A program made the position numbers and the translations under genes. From a virus: a stretch of DNA of 64,000 nt. The notes under the pieces are model-generated. The model worked only from the letters and a program-made list of their open reading frames with translations, was not told the DNA's origin and made no database searches. This document shows, in pieces, positions 48,280-57,202 of this stretch. The number at the start of each line of letters is the position of its first letter. Position 1 is the first letter of the stretch. The stretch is taken from IMG/VR virus record IMGVR_UViG_3300024346_000010; one strand, 5' to 3'.

Positions 48280-49358
48280 CAGCACTTGAAACAAGACCAA
48301 ACTATGATTGTTACGTAAATTACTTCTGGCCAAAGTCCGCTTGGCTAGAAGAGAACTGTCTAATCGGCGACCTAGATTATCTTGGCCCTGAGGCCAATAA
48401 GCATGTCAACGACCCGCTGATGCAAAACATTCCTGCTTACAATTGTGTATCTCGTACGTATGAAGGTTTCAATAATGTCAATCAGGATTTAAATTACGGC
48501 ACTGATCAGCGAGTATTTAAGAAGCGACCAGTAGCCGTGCAAGAACGCGTTAAAAAATATGTGACAGATAAGTGGTCTTTATTAGAACACGTTTATGCCT
48601 ACTACGTTCATCGTAGTACTGGTTCAGGGTTTTATGCTGGCAAGGATTGGCACGGTTATCACCATTCAGTGGTAACGCATTTTGGGTTATATGAGACTGC
48701 AGATGAAATGGCTAACCTTATGAAGGAATGGAAAGCCGCAGACCGCAAAATGTTTTCTACTATCGGAAACCAAAATCCTACACCGATAAAGGGCTTGAAT
48801 CTGACACAGCACATTACTACCTTTGGTCTAGAGTTGATGAAGGAATTGACTGGCTGGTTAGAAGAAAATCTTGCTATGAATAACGCCGCGCCTTTAGATC
48901 AAAAGAAATTGACTGACAGGCTTAATCAAAAGAATATTGATAGAGGTGTACGTCGCTGGAACTTTCCTTATGCACAAATGATTGCTGACATCGCTACGTA
49001 CCATCCACAGTATGTTGATCCAAATTCTAGTTTGTATTGTGGCAATAATGCAAGACAGGCAATCGAGCAAATGTTTCGCAGACCTAAGGGCATGAGCGAA
49101 CACGAATATCATGACGCGGCATTAGCAAATCTTACTGAACGCCTAGGTACTAATGCTGTTGCACATGAAGATACATTATGCATCTATGTTAGATTTTTGA
49201 ATAACCTTGACCGTTCAGGTCGTGGTCTTACTAATGCTTCTGGTTATTATATGATGAACGAAGATGATACGCCTATGTATCCAGATATTTGGAGGCCTGT
49301 TGCATATCAAAAGAAAGTAAATAATAGTACACACTCACTAACGGAGCTACTAGCATGA
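48276..49358 (+). CDS. aGPT-Pplase-like (HhH-fold) DNA base hypermodification protein
   Basis: F..AQ..AD.....P..VD.......G.NA...I..F ... ED.LC...RF pattern. Confidence 0.55.
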   Translation: MTALETRPNYDCYVNYFWPKSAWLEENCLIGDLDYLGPEANKHVNDPLMQNIPAYNCVSRTYEGFNNVNQDLNYGTDQRVFKKRPVAVQERVKKYVTDKWSLLEHVYAYYVHRSTGSGFYAGKDWHGYHHSVVTHFGLYETADEMANLMKEWKAADRKMFSTIGNQNPTPIKGLNLTQHITTFGLELMKELTGWLEENLAMNNAAPLDQKKLTDRLNQKNIDRGVRRWNFPYAQMIADIATYHPQYVDPNSSLYCGNNARQAIEQMFRRPKGMSEHEYHDAALANLTERLGTNAVAHEDTLCIYVRFLNNLDRSGRGLTNASGYYMMNEDDTPMYPDIWRPVAYQKKVNNSTHSLTELLA

Positions 49359-49453
49359 CAAAGACATTCGCGCAAGTTGTACAAGAATACAGACAACATA
49401 GGCTTTATATTCTTGCGGCCTTAAGAGCACAAAAGGAAAAAGAAACCCGATGA
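49355..49453 (+). CDS. Small hypothetical protein (32 aa)
   Basis: SD ggag; ATGA overlaps at both ends. Confidence 0.5.
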   Translation: MTKTFAQVVQEYRQHRLYILAALRAQKEKETR

Positions 49454-49677
49454 AACCTAATACAAACTTCACTCTTACTGTAAATGATATCTCACATATT
49501 GAGAAGGCACTATATACTCGTCTTGCTGAACTATCGGGGCTGTGTCAGACTCCTAGCACTGCTAAAAAGATTCTAGAGCTATCAGAAGAAACATCGCAAA
49601 TTTATAACCTGCTTGGTCGTATTCATAATCAAAAAGTTTGGTATCGTCCAGAAATGGATGTTTACATTGGCGGATAA
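49450..49677 (+). CDS. Hypothetical protein, paralog of 39243..39494
   Basis: Shared KPNT...HNQKxWYRP motifs. Confidence 0.75.
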   Translation: MKPNTNFTLTVNDISHIEKALYTRLAELSGLCQTPSTAKKILELSEETSQIYNLLGRIHNQKVWYRPEMDVYIGG

Positions 49678-49689
49678 CTTTGTTATAAT
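49661..49689 (+). promoter_or_regulatory. Sigma70-type promoter
   Basis: TTTACA-N17-TATAAT. Confidence 0.75.
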
Positions 49690-49716
49690 TAATCATCCAC
49701 AACATTAGGAAAAGAT

Positions 49717-50154
49717 ATGTCTCGCAAATGGGATCTTCGCTATATTAAGATGGCACAACAGGTTAGTTCCTGGTCTAAAGATCCATCAACACAGGTAGGT
49801 GCAGTGGCGGTTAGCGATAAAGGCCAAGTCTTATGCACTGGTTATAATGGCTTTCCTCGTGGTATAGATGATGCTGATTATCGCTATAATAATCGTGAAC
49901 TTAAATATGAATTAATCGTTCATGCAGAAATGAATGCTATTTACAACGCTACATATAATGGAGTATCACTTGATGGTGCTACAATGTACGTATCGGGATT
50001 GCCTTGCTGCAACAGGTGTGCACTTGGTTTAATTCAAACTGGAATAAAACGTGTAGTCATGCAAGGTAATCCTGATGATCCACGTTGGGCTGACTCATGG
50101 AAAATGTCTATGGATCTGTTTAATGAAACAAATATCGAATGGGAATTTATTTAA
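49717..50154 (+). CDS. cd: dCMP deaminase
   Basis: SKDPSTQVG, GYNG.PRG, HAEMNA, PCxxC. Confidence 0.93.
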   Translation: MSRKWDLRYIKMAQQVSSWSKDPSTQVGAVAVSDKGQVLCTGYNGFPRGIDDADYRYNNRELKYELIVHAEMNAIYNATYNGVSLDGATMYVSGLPCCNRCALGLIQTGIKRVVMQGNPDDPRWADSWKMSMDLFNETNIEWEFI

Positions 50155-51212
50155 TGTCTTCAATTATGGACAGATTGAAAAAGAACTCTAAGCTTAAGAC
50201 GACTGAAGTATTGTCTGAGTCAAAGTTCTTCAATGAAAAAGATATGGTGCAAACTGACGTTCCGATGGTGAACGTTGCACTATCAGGTGATCCAGATGGA
50301 GGTCTTACTCCTGGACTTACTGTTCTCGCTGGCCCTTCAAAGCACTTTAAGACTTCATTTGCTCTTCTTATGGCAGGTGCATATCTAAAGAAATACGATG
50401 ATGCAGTGATTCTATTCTATGACTCAGAATTTGGCTCACCTCAGTCATACTTCAAGCAGTTTGGTATTGATCCTGCTCGGGTTCTTCATACTCCTATTAT
50501 GAATGTTGAAGAACTTAAGTTTGATCTTATTGGCCAGCTCGAGCAACTTGATCGTAAGGATAATGTAATTGTTGTTATTGACTCTATTGGTAACCTTGCA
50601 TCGAAGAAAGAAATGGAAGATGCTCTGAATGAAAAGTCAGTAGCAGATATGTCACGAGCCAAAGCATTGAAAGGTTTGTTCCGTATGGCAACACCATATC
50701 TTGCTATGAAGAATATTCCTATGTTGGCTATTAACCATACATATCAAGAAATTGGGCTGTTTCCTAAAGCTATTGTATCTGGTGGCACTGGGATTTATTA
50801 CTCTGCAGATAATATCTGGATCCTCGGTCGTCAACAAGATAAAGTTGGTACTGAGATTAAAGGTTATCACTTTGTTATCAATGTTGAGAAGTCTCGCTTT
50901 GTTAAAGAAAAGTCCAAGATCCCTATTTCGGTATCATGGGAAGGTGGCGTAGAGAAATGGTCAGGTCTTCTTGATGTTGCTCTTGCTGGTAACTATGCTG
51001 CTAAACCGTCGAATGGATGGTTCTGTCATGTAGATCAAGAAACAGGCGAATTGGTAGATACTAAATATCGTGCAAAGGATACACTAACAGAAGAATTCTG
51101 GAAACCTATCTTTGAGAACACCGACTTTAAAGAATTCTTGAAAAAACAATATCAAATTGGACATGAGTCTCTTGTTAATATGGATGATATTGTACTAGAA
51201 AGCGAGGAATAA
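50154..51212 (+). CDS. uvsX: RecA-like recombinase UvsX
   Basis: AGPSKHFKT, YDSEFG, DSIGNLAS, NHTY. Confidence 0.96.
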   Translation: MSSIMDRLKKNSKLKTTEVLSESKFFNEKDMVQTDVPMVNVALSGDPDGGLTPGLTVLAGPSKHFKTSFALLMAGAYLKKYDDAVILFYDSEFGSPQSYFKQFGIDPARVLHTPIMNVEELKFDLIGQLEQLDRKDNVIVVIDSIGNLASKKEMEDALNEKSVADMSRAKALKGLFRMATPYLAMKNIPMLAINHTYQEIGLFPKAIVSGGTGIYYSADNIWILGRQQDKVGTEIKGYHFVINVEKSRFVKEKSKIPISVSWEGGVEKWSGLLDVALAGNYAAKPSNGWFCHVDQETGELVDTKYRAKDTLTEEFWKPIFENTDFKEFLKKQYQIGHESLVNMDDIVLESEE

Positions 51213-51215
51213 CAA

Positions 51216-52136
51216 TTGGCATTAGAATATTCGTTTTTGGAAAATGGTTGGGTTGTTAGAATACATAACCGAATTCAGGATATGTCTTTAGAAGATAAGC
51301 TTGAAGCACTTGAATTGTTGCGCAAAAACGTTGTTGTTGTGTGGAAAAATCAAAAGCTAACTCCCAGAGAGGAGTTAGACTTTTGTGGATCATTTGGTAG
51401 TTATGATTTTGCAGATGTTGCCGAATATTGGGATAATCTACCGTCCGATCAACAGGATATCTTTATTAAAGAATATCCGGGAATTTTAAGAGTTACAGCA
51501 AAACCTGGTACAAATGGTGGACCTGGACATTTTAGTCATAAAACTGAATTAAAATGGCACAGTGATAGGATTGGGCATCCTGATAGAAGACCTTGTGTTT
51601 GGCTGTATGGCATTACTGATACTACTGGATCAGTAACAAATTTTACCAATAATTTTCTTGCATATAATGCCCTTTCTGAAGAAGAAAAGAATTTCTATGG
51701 CGGATTAAGGGTTTCCCATTATAATACACGATACCAACAAGATAGCGATAGGAGCACTCATGCATGGCGCATCGAAGAAAATCTTATCATAAAAAATATG
51801 GGTATATGGGACAATATTATCGTAGAAAACGATTTTGGGGATAAATCATTTTTCTTTTCCCCATTGCAAGTCGGTTGCATTGAAGGTATGAGCGAAGAAA
51901 AATCTTTAGAAATCGCTGATGAGCTTTTACAATATCTGACTCAACCACAATTCGTGTATTCTCACCAATGGGAAGATGGAGATGTGGTTATTAGTGAACA
52001 AACGTTTAGCATGCATTCTAGAGACGCTTTTAATGATATGGAAAAACGATATTTACACCATATACAATTTAACGTAGAAAAAATTCTGCCAGATTTAAAA
52101 TATCCTGGCTACAACGATAGAGGGCATTTAGTATGA
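51216..52136 (+). CDS. TauD/TfdA-family 2OG dioxygenase
   Basis: WHSD (HxD), T.F.N...AY..LS, Y.HQWEDGD.V....MHSR; TTG start. Confidence 0.85.
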   Translation: MALEYSFLENGWVVRIHNRIQDMSLEDKLEALELLRKNVVVVWKNQKLTPREELDFCGSFGSYDFADVAEYWDNLPSDQQDIFIKEYPGILRVTAKPGTNGGPGHFSHKTELKWHSDRIGHPDRRPCVWLYGITDTTGSVTNFTNNFLAYNALSEEEKNFYGGLRVSHYNTRYQQDSDRSTHAWRIEENLIIKNMGIWDNIIVENDFGDKSFFFSPLQVGCIEGMSEEKSLEIADELLQYLTQPQFVYSHQWEDGDVVISEQTFSMHSRDAFNDMEKRYLHHIQFNVEKILPDLKYPGYNDRGHLV

Positions 52137-52435
52137 GCGCATTTGATTTAGAAGGTAAACCGTTGCTTAATGAAAACGTAGATTATGAACTTGTTCCCTC
52201 AGAAGGTGAAAATTGGGATATTCGTATTCTATCTGGAGCTTTTACTGAAACGATTCTCAAGTTCACTAAACTTAAAGTGTCAGATGATGAAGAATATATG
52301 ACATTTAACTTTGACGTCGTATCATCCCCTGACGATGAATTGAGTGATTCAAATACTGATTTACAAGACCATGCAAGTATGATATTAGATTCAATATTAG
52401 AGAATGCAGCGCGCGCGCTTGAAAATAAAAAATAA
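52133..52435 (+). CDS. T4-like hypothetical protein (gp40 position)
   Basis: Acidic ORF between uvsX and gp41. Confidence 0.6.
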   Translation: MSAFDLEGKPLLNENVDYELVPSEGENWDIRILSGAFTETILKFTKLKVSDDEEYMTFNFDVVSSPDDELSDSNTDLQDHASMILDSILENAARALENKK

Positions 52436-52854
52436 TGAAAATCTTGATCTGCGGTCTACCAGGCAGTGGTAAGACCTATCTAGCCCAGCGACTACAGAAA
52501 CAGCTAGAGTGTGCGTGGTACAACGCAGACAGTATTCGTAACATGGCGAACGACTGGGACTTCAGTGGTCCTGGTCGCCGCCGGCAGGCGGAACGTATGA
52601 ACACCTTCGCTAACTTCGAACACAAGCGGGGGCGAACAGTTATCTGTGACTTCGTGTGCCCTACGTGTGAAACCCGTAAAGAGTTTGACGCGGATATTAC
52701 TATTTGGATGGACACTATTACCACCGGGCGATTTGAAGACACAAACAAGATCTTCGAGAATCCCAAGGACTGGGATATTCGCGTGGATAAGTTTGAAACA
52801 GAAGAAGCGATCGAAGAAATAGCAAGAGTGCTAAAGGAAGAATATAATGTTTGA
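52435..52854 (+). CDS. Adenylylsulfate-kinase-like P-loop kinase
   Basis: GLPGSGKT, NAD.IR, DFS..GR.RQ, FVCP, FE.P. Confidence 0.75.
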   Translation: MKILICGLPGSGKTYLAQRLQKQLECAWYNADSIRNMANDWDFSGPGRRRQAERMNTFANFEHKRGRTVICDFVCPTCETRKEFDADITIWMDTITTGRFEDTNKIFENPKDWDIRVDKFETEEAIEEIARVLKEEYNV

Positions 52855-53257
52855 TTGGAAGAAGCCCACAGCAGAAATGCTTGGTCGTTGGCAGCCATGG
52901 CATGACGGGCACACCGAGCTATTTAAGAAAGCGCATGCAGATGTAGGCCAAGTGGTTATTATGGTACGTGACGTCGAAGGCATTGTTGGTGAAGATGCCG
53001 GAGGTGGACGTACTGCAACCCAAGATGATAATCCATTTTATTACGATTATGTTTGTGATGCTATTGAAGATGGATTGCGAGAAGAGGGGTTTACACCGGG
53101 CTCTGAATATGTTATTATGAAAGTACCAAACATCGTAGACATTAGCTACGGTCGAGGTGTTGGTTACACATTCACGCAACACGATCTTGGAGAAGAGACA
53201 CATAGTATCTCAGCAACTAAGATCCGTGCTGCAATGCGAGAAAAGGGTGAACTTTGA
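52847..53257 (+). CDS. HxGH nucleotidyltransferase (cytidylyltransferase/NMNAT/ATP-sulfurylase-like)
   Basis: GRWQPWHDGH, NPF, GRGVGY, ISATKIR. Confidence 0.8.
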   Translation: MFDWKKPTAEMLGRWQPWHDGHTELFKKAHADVGQVVIMVRDVEGIVGEDAGGGRTATQDDNPFYYDYVCDAIEDGLREEGFTPGSEYVIMKVPNIVDISYGRGVGYTFTQHDLGEETHSISATKIRAAMREKGEL

Positions 53258-54630
53258 TTAATGCAAACATAGAACAAACTGTTCTAAGAAACCTATTGGT
53301 GAATGATGAGTATATGAGGCGTGTACTCCCTTTCATCCAACCCGAATATTTTGAAGGAGTATATCAACAACTATTTCGTGAAGTAGCCAAGTTTGTTGCC
53401 AAGTATAATAAACTGCCTACAGCTGAAGCATTTAAGATTGAACTTGATGATAATCAAACTATGTCTGATGAGCACTATCGTCATGCAGTAGAAATCATCC
53501 CAGAAATCTTTAAGATTGAAGATATTGATGATGAATGGCTTTATAATAAAACAGAGAAGTGGTGTCAAGATCGTGCACTATTCAATGCTGTTATGGAGTC
53601 TATTAGCATTATTGATGGTAAGCATAAGACCCTCACAAAAAATGCTTTGCCTGATATCCTACAAAAAGCTTTGGCGGTTACATTTGATACAAATATTGGT
53701 CATGACTATCTTGAGAATGTTAATGAACGATATGAATTTTATCATTCACAGGAAGAAAAGATCCCATTTGATATCGAATATTTCAATCTAATTACTAAAG
53801 GCGGCCTTGCTAATAAATCACTGAACATTGCTCTTGCTGGCACTGGCGTAGGTAAGTCTCTGTTTATGTGCCATGTTGCAGCTGCAGCCTTGAATGAAGG
53901 CAGAAATGTTCTATATATATCCATGGAGATGAGTGAAGAACGTGTAGCTGAACGTATCGACGCCAACTTGCTTGACATTCCTATCGAACAAATTGATAGT
54001 ATGGATGAGCAGATGTTTAAAGATCGTGTAAACAGTCTTAAGACTAAAACTAATGGTAAACTTATTGTTAAAGAGTATCCAACCGGTTCGGCTAATGCTA
54101 ATCACTTCAGAGCATTGTTGAATGAATTGAAACTTAAAAAAGCCTTTGTTCCAGATATTATCTTTGTAGATTATCTTAATATCTGTGCATCAGCAAGAAT
54201 GAAAATGGGAGGATCAGTAAACAGCTATGCATACATTAAAGCCATTGCTGAAGAACTACGTGGCCTTGCCGTCGAATTCGACTTACCGATCGTCTCTGCA
54301 ACCCAAACGACTCGTACTGGTTATTCTAGTTCGGATCCTGGGCTTGAAGATACCTCCGAGTCTTTTGGACTACCCGCTACCGCAGACCTAATGTTCGCTT
54401 TGGTATCCAGCGAAGAGTTAGATGCACAAGGCCAGATTATGGTCAAACAATTGAAGAATAGATACAACGACCCAAATAAAAACAAACGCTTTGTTGTTGG
54501 TATTGATAGATCTAAGATGAGATTGTTTGATGCTGATGATACTAGCCAAAACTTAATGAAAGACACACCAATGTTTGATCGAACCAATCAGGGTGAAGAT
54601 CAGAAAAAATTTGAAGACTTTAAATTCTAG
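53254..54630 (+). CDS. gp41: Replicative helicase gp41
   Basis: LAGTGVGKS, SMEM, VDYLNIC, ATQ, SESFGLPATAD, QLKNRY. Confidence 0.96.
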   Translation: MINANIEQTVLRNLLVNDEYMRRVLPFIQPEYFEGVYQQLFREVAKFVAKYNKLPTAEAFKIELDDNQTMSDEHYRHAVEIIPEIFKIEDIDDEWLYNKTEKWCQDRALFNAVMESISIIDGKHKTLTKNALPDILQKALAVTFDTNIGHDYLENVNERYEFYHSQEEKIPFDIEYFNLITKGGLANKSLNIALAGTGVGKSLFMCHVAAAALNEGRNVLYISMEMSEERVAERIDANLLDIPIEQIDSMDEQMFKDRVNSLKTKTNGKLIVKEYPTGSANANHFRALLNELKLKKAFVPDIIFVDYLNICASARMKMGGSVNSYAYIKAIAEELRGLAVEFDLPIVSATQTTRTGYSSSDPGLEDTSESFGLPATADLMFALVSSEELDAQGQIMVKQLKNRYNDPNKNKRFVVGIDRSKMRLFDADDTSQNLMKDTPMFDRTNQGEDQKKFEDFKF

Positions 54631-54639
54631 GAGAATATT

Positions 54640-54924
54640 ATGGGAAAGAAAAGACAGAGCACTGGCAACGTATCAAAGGGTGAGCGTCGTTCATCCATTG
54701 GATACGGCAGTCAAGGCGTAACAAACGCAGACAAAATGCTTCGGAAGCTCGATGCACTTGCAAAGGGTAAAGATATTACTATTACCCTCGAAAATCCTAA
54801 CAAAGAGGAAACCAATCGTAGGTTTATTAAATATAAAGTTAGCGGTAAGGCCTATGTGAAATACATTCAAGGCGGGTCTGAAATGAAAGGCGCTCGTAAT
54901 CCTCTTCTTTCGCTGGGAGAATAA
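54640..54924 (+). CDS. Basic hypothetical protein
   Basis: SD aggag; VSKGER...T.ENPNK.ETN..FIK. Confidence 0.7.
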   Translation: MGKKRQSTGNVSKGERRSSIGYGSQGVTNADKMLRKLDALAKGKDITITLENPNKEETNRRFIKYKVSGKAYVKYIQGGSEMKGARNPLLSLGE

Positions 54925-54925
54925 T

Positions 54926-55618
54926 ATGAAATTTGCAAATGAGGCTATGAAAGCCTATTTGGTTGTGCAACCAGCACCAGCAGAAGAATTTAAGGAGCAC
55001 TTCAATGACGCACTCGAGCTTATTGCCTACTGTGCCAGAGTATCTAACCCAGCTAACCAGTTCAACAAAGACACCGGAGAAAGACTTGTCCGATATCTCG
55101 TCAAGCACAAACACTGGTCACCACTCGAAATGTGCAACGCCACAATCGGGATCGACACAACGCGGGACATCGCGCGGCAAATCCTCCGACACAGAAGCTT
55201 CTACTTTCAGGAATTTAGCCAGCGCTACGCCGATCCTAACGACCTTGATGTTTCCTTTGTTCTAAGAGAAGCGCGTCTACAAGATCCGAAGAATCGTCAG
55301 AATAGTATTGAAAGTGACGATCTTGAATTGCAAAAAGCTTGGGTAATGAAACAAACCCAGATTATTCATGAAGCAAAACTAGCGTATCAATGGGCAATTA
55401 TGAATGGTATTGCAAAAGAACAGGCACGTTGTGTTCTTCCTGAAGGCAATACTGTAAGCAAGGTGTATATGAATGGAACACTTCGTTCTTGGGTTCATTA
55501 CATTGAACTACGCTCAGGTAACGGAACACAGAAAGAACACATTGAAGTTGCGCGTGAAGTTGCTAAGGCAATCGCTAAGATCTTCCCAATGGTAGAGGAA
55601 TTTGTACATGATGAATAG
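54926..55618 (+). CDS. thyX: Flavin-dependent thymidylate synthase ThyX
   Basis: ARVS, H.SPLE, QILRHRSFYFQEFSQRY (RHRx7S), EQAR..LP. Confidence 0.95.
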   Translation: MKFANEAMKAYLVVQPAPAEEFKEHFNDALELIAYCARVSNPANQFNKDTGERLVRYLVKHKHWSPLEMCNATIGIDTTRDIARQILRHRSFYFQEFSQRYADPNDLDVSFVLREARLQDPKNRQNSIESDDLELQKAWVMKQTQIIHEAKLAYQWAIMNGIAKEQARCVLPEGNTVSKVYMNGTLRSWVHYIELRSGNGTQKEHIEVAREVAKAIAKIFPMVEEFVHDE

Positions 55619-55820
55619 AAAAATCTCAACGTATTATGCTGATCCTCCTGGCCGAGGTCATTGTGAAGTCCATATGGATTTAAAAGAAGAAATGACCTAT
55701 ATCAAGTACTTTGATGATAACGGTAGAATGTTTTTTACAGAGGATTTCCCTAACAAATCTTTGCGGTATGTCGAGGATGCTGCAGAGAACTGGGCCCTTG
55801 GCATAAAAAAACTAGATTAA
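55608..55820 (+). CDS. Hypothetical protein
   Basis: SD gagg; KSLRYVEDAAENW. Confidence 0.7.
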   Translation: MMNRKISTYYADPPGRGHCEVHMDLKEEMTYIKYFDDNGRMFFTEDFPNKSLRYVEDAAENWALGIKKLD

Positions 55821-55833
55821 GCGAAAATAGTTG

Positions 55834-55862
55834 TTTACACTCCTTTTCATATATGGTATAAC
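55834..55862 (+). promoter_or_regulatory. Sigma70-type promoter
   Basis: TTTACA-N17-TATAAC. Confidence 0.7.
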
Positions 55863-55897
55863 AGTTGTAATAATGTAATAATTAATGAGGCAGAACA

Positions 55898-56365
55898 ATG
55901 AAAATCACTAACGCACTATCATTTATGATGACAGTAGCTATAGTAGTTGGTTTTATTATAGGCTGTACATCAGAAGAAGCAAAGGCCAAGGCAGTAAAGG
56001 ATAAAACCTGCCTCGCGCTTAACATCTACCACGAAGCACGTGGTGAACCAATTGCTGGCCAAATCGCAGTTGCACAGGTTACGATGAACCGTGTAGCGCA
56101 TAAAAGCTGGCCAAATAATGTATGTAAAGTAGTATATCAGCGTAAGCAATTTAGCTGGACCCATACGATTAAAGACCATACTCCAAAAGAAACCGAGCAG
56201 TGGGAAATTGCCAAAGATATTGCTGAAAGGGTATATAAAAATGAAGAAGATGACTTTGTACACGGTGCAGTGTTTTACCACGCTGACTACGTAAATCCTT
56301 CGTGGGCAAATGCTTATACTGAAGTAACTAAAATTGGCGCTCACATTTTTTATAAGAAAGACTAA
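55898..56365 (+). CDS. Cell wall hydrolase, SleB/Hydrolase_2 family
   Basis: CLALNIYHEARGE, VAQVTMNRV, QFSW, FYHADYV.P.W, IG.H.FY; N-terminal hydrophobic segment ending IIGC. Confidence 0.92.
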   Translation: MKITNALSFMMTVAIVVGFIIGCTSEEAKAKAVKDKTCLALNIYHEARGEPIAGQIAVAQVTMNRVAHKSWPNNVCKVVYQRKQFSWTHTIKDHTPKETEQWEIAKDIAERVYKNEEDDFVHGAVFYHADYVNPSWANAYTEVTKIGAHIFYKKD

Positions 56366-56367
56366 TA

Positions 56368-56901
56368 ATGAAACTATTGATTGTCGGACATGCTCGACAC
56401 GGTAAAGATACTGTAGCAGAATACTTTGAATCAAAATACGGATTGCAGTTTGCATCTTCAAGTATGCATAATGCAGAGCATACTGTATTTCCTGTATTGG
56501 CACCACTATATGGTTATAAGACTGTACAAGAATGTTTTGAAGATCGTGGTAACCATAGATCAGAATGGTATGATCTTATTGCTGCACGCTGTAAAGACGA
56601 TCCTGCTACCATTGGCCGTGAGATCTTTGAGATTTCTGACATCTATGCAGGTCTTCGTAATAAACGTGAATTCCATGGTATCAAGAATGCTGGCTTGATT
56701 GATTGTGCTATTTGGGTAGATCGCTCAGACCATCTTCCACCTGAAGATAAGTCGTCTATGAGTCTAGAACCATGGATGACTGATTATGTTATTGATAATA
56801 ATGGCACTCTAGAACAATTGTATCAAGCCATTGATGCTTTGTATTACACTCTAGCCTATCGTTTTGACGGCTTAGGTCATGAATATGAAATGTATCCTTA
56901 A
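56368..56901 (+). CDS. Deoxynucleoside monophosphate kinase-like protein
   Basis: GHARHGKDT P-loop; G.R...EF; D.VIDNNG. Confidence 0.7.
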   Translation: MKLLIVGHARHGKDTVAEYFESKYGLQFASSSMHNAEHTVFPVLAPLYGYKTVQECFEDRGNHRSEWYDLIAARCKDDPATIGREIFEISDIYAGLRNKREFHGIKNAGLIDCAIWVDRSDHLPPEDKSSMSLEPWMTDYVIDNNGTLEQLYQAIDALYYTLAYRFDGLGHEYEMYP

Positions 56902-56922
56902 AAAAGCTATTAATTGGTGGCG

Positions 56923-57133
56923 GATGACTGACCACAAGAATAAGATGGAACAGCGTCAAAAAGAGGTAGAATCTATCTATGAAAAAACCAATAATATACG
57001 GAAAAGAATCTCCGCTCTTAGAAGCAGCCATGGATGGGATAAGAAACCCACTGAAGCTGTACCGGTACCGGAATCCAAACCGTACGTCAAACCCGGACTC
57101 GAGGATATCAAAGCAAAGCTTCGTAAAAAGTGA
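56923..57133 (+). CDS. Hypothetical basic protein
   Basis: ORF in the operon; start uncertain (56879 or a later ATG). Confidence 0.45.
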
Positions 57134-57169
57134 TTTAAAAGTCACAGTATTAAAACTATAATATAGGGG

Positions 57170-57198
57170 TTTACTTAATCCATCCTTTATGTTAATAT
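57170..57198 (+). promoter_or_regulatory. Probable tmRNA promoter
   Basis: TTTACT-N17-TAATAT immediately before the acceptor piece. Confidence 0.55.
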
Positions 57199-57202
57199 AT
57201 AA

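Noticed and set aside
14485-54630. Introns, inteins or homing endonucleases in gp17, gp43, uvsX or gp41
   Set aside because: All are continuous ORFs of ordinary length with no recognisable intein or endonuclease motifs.
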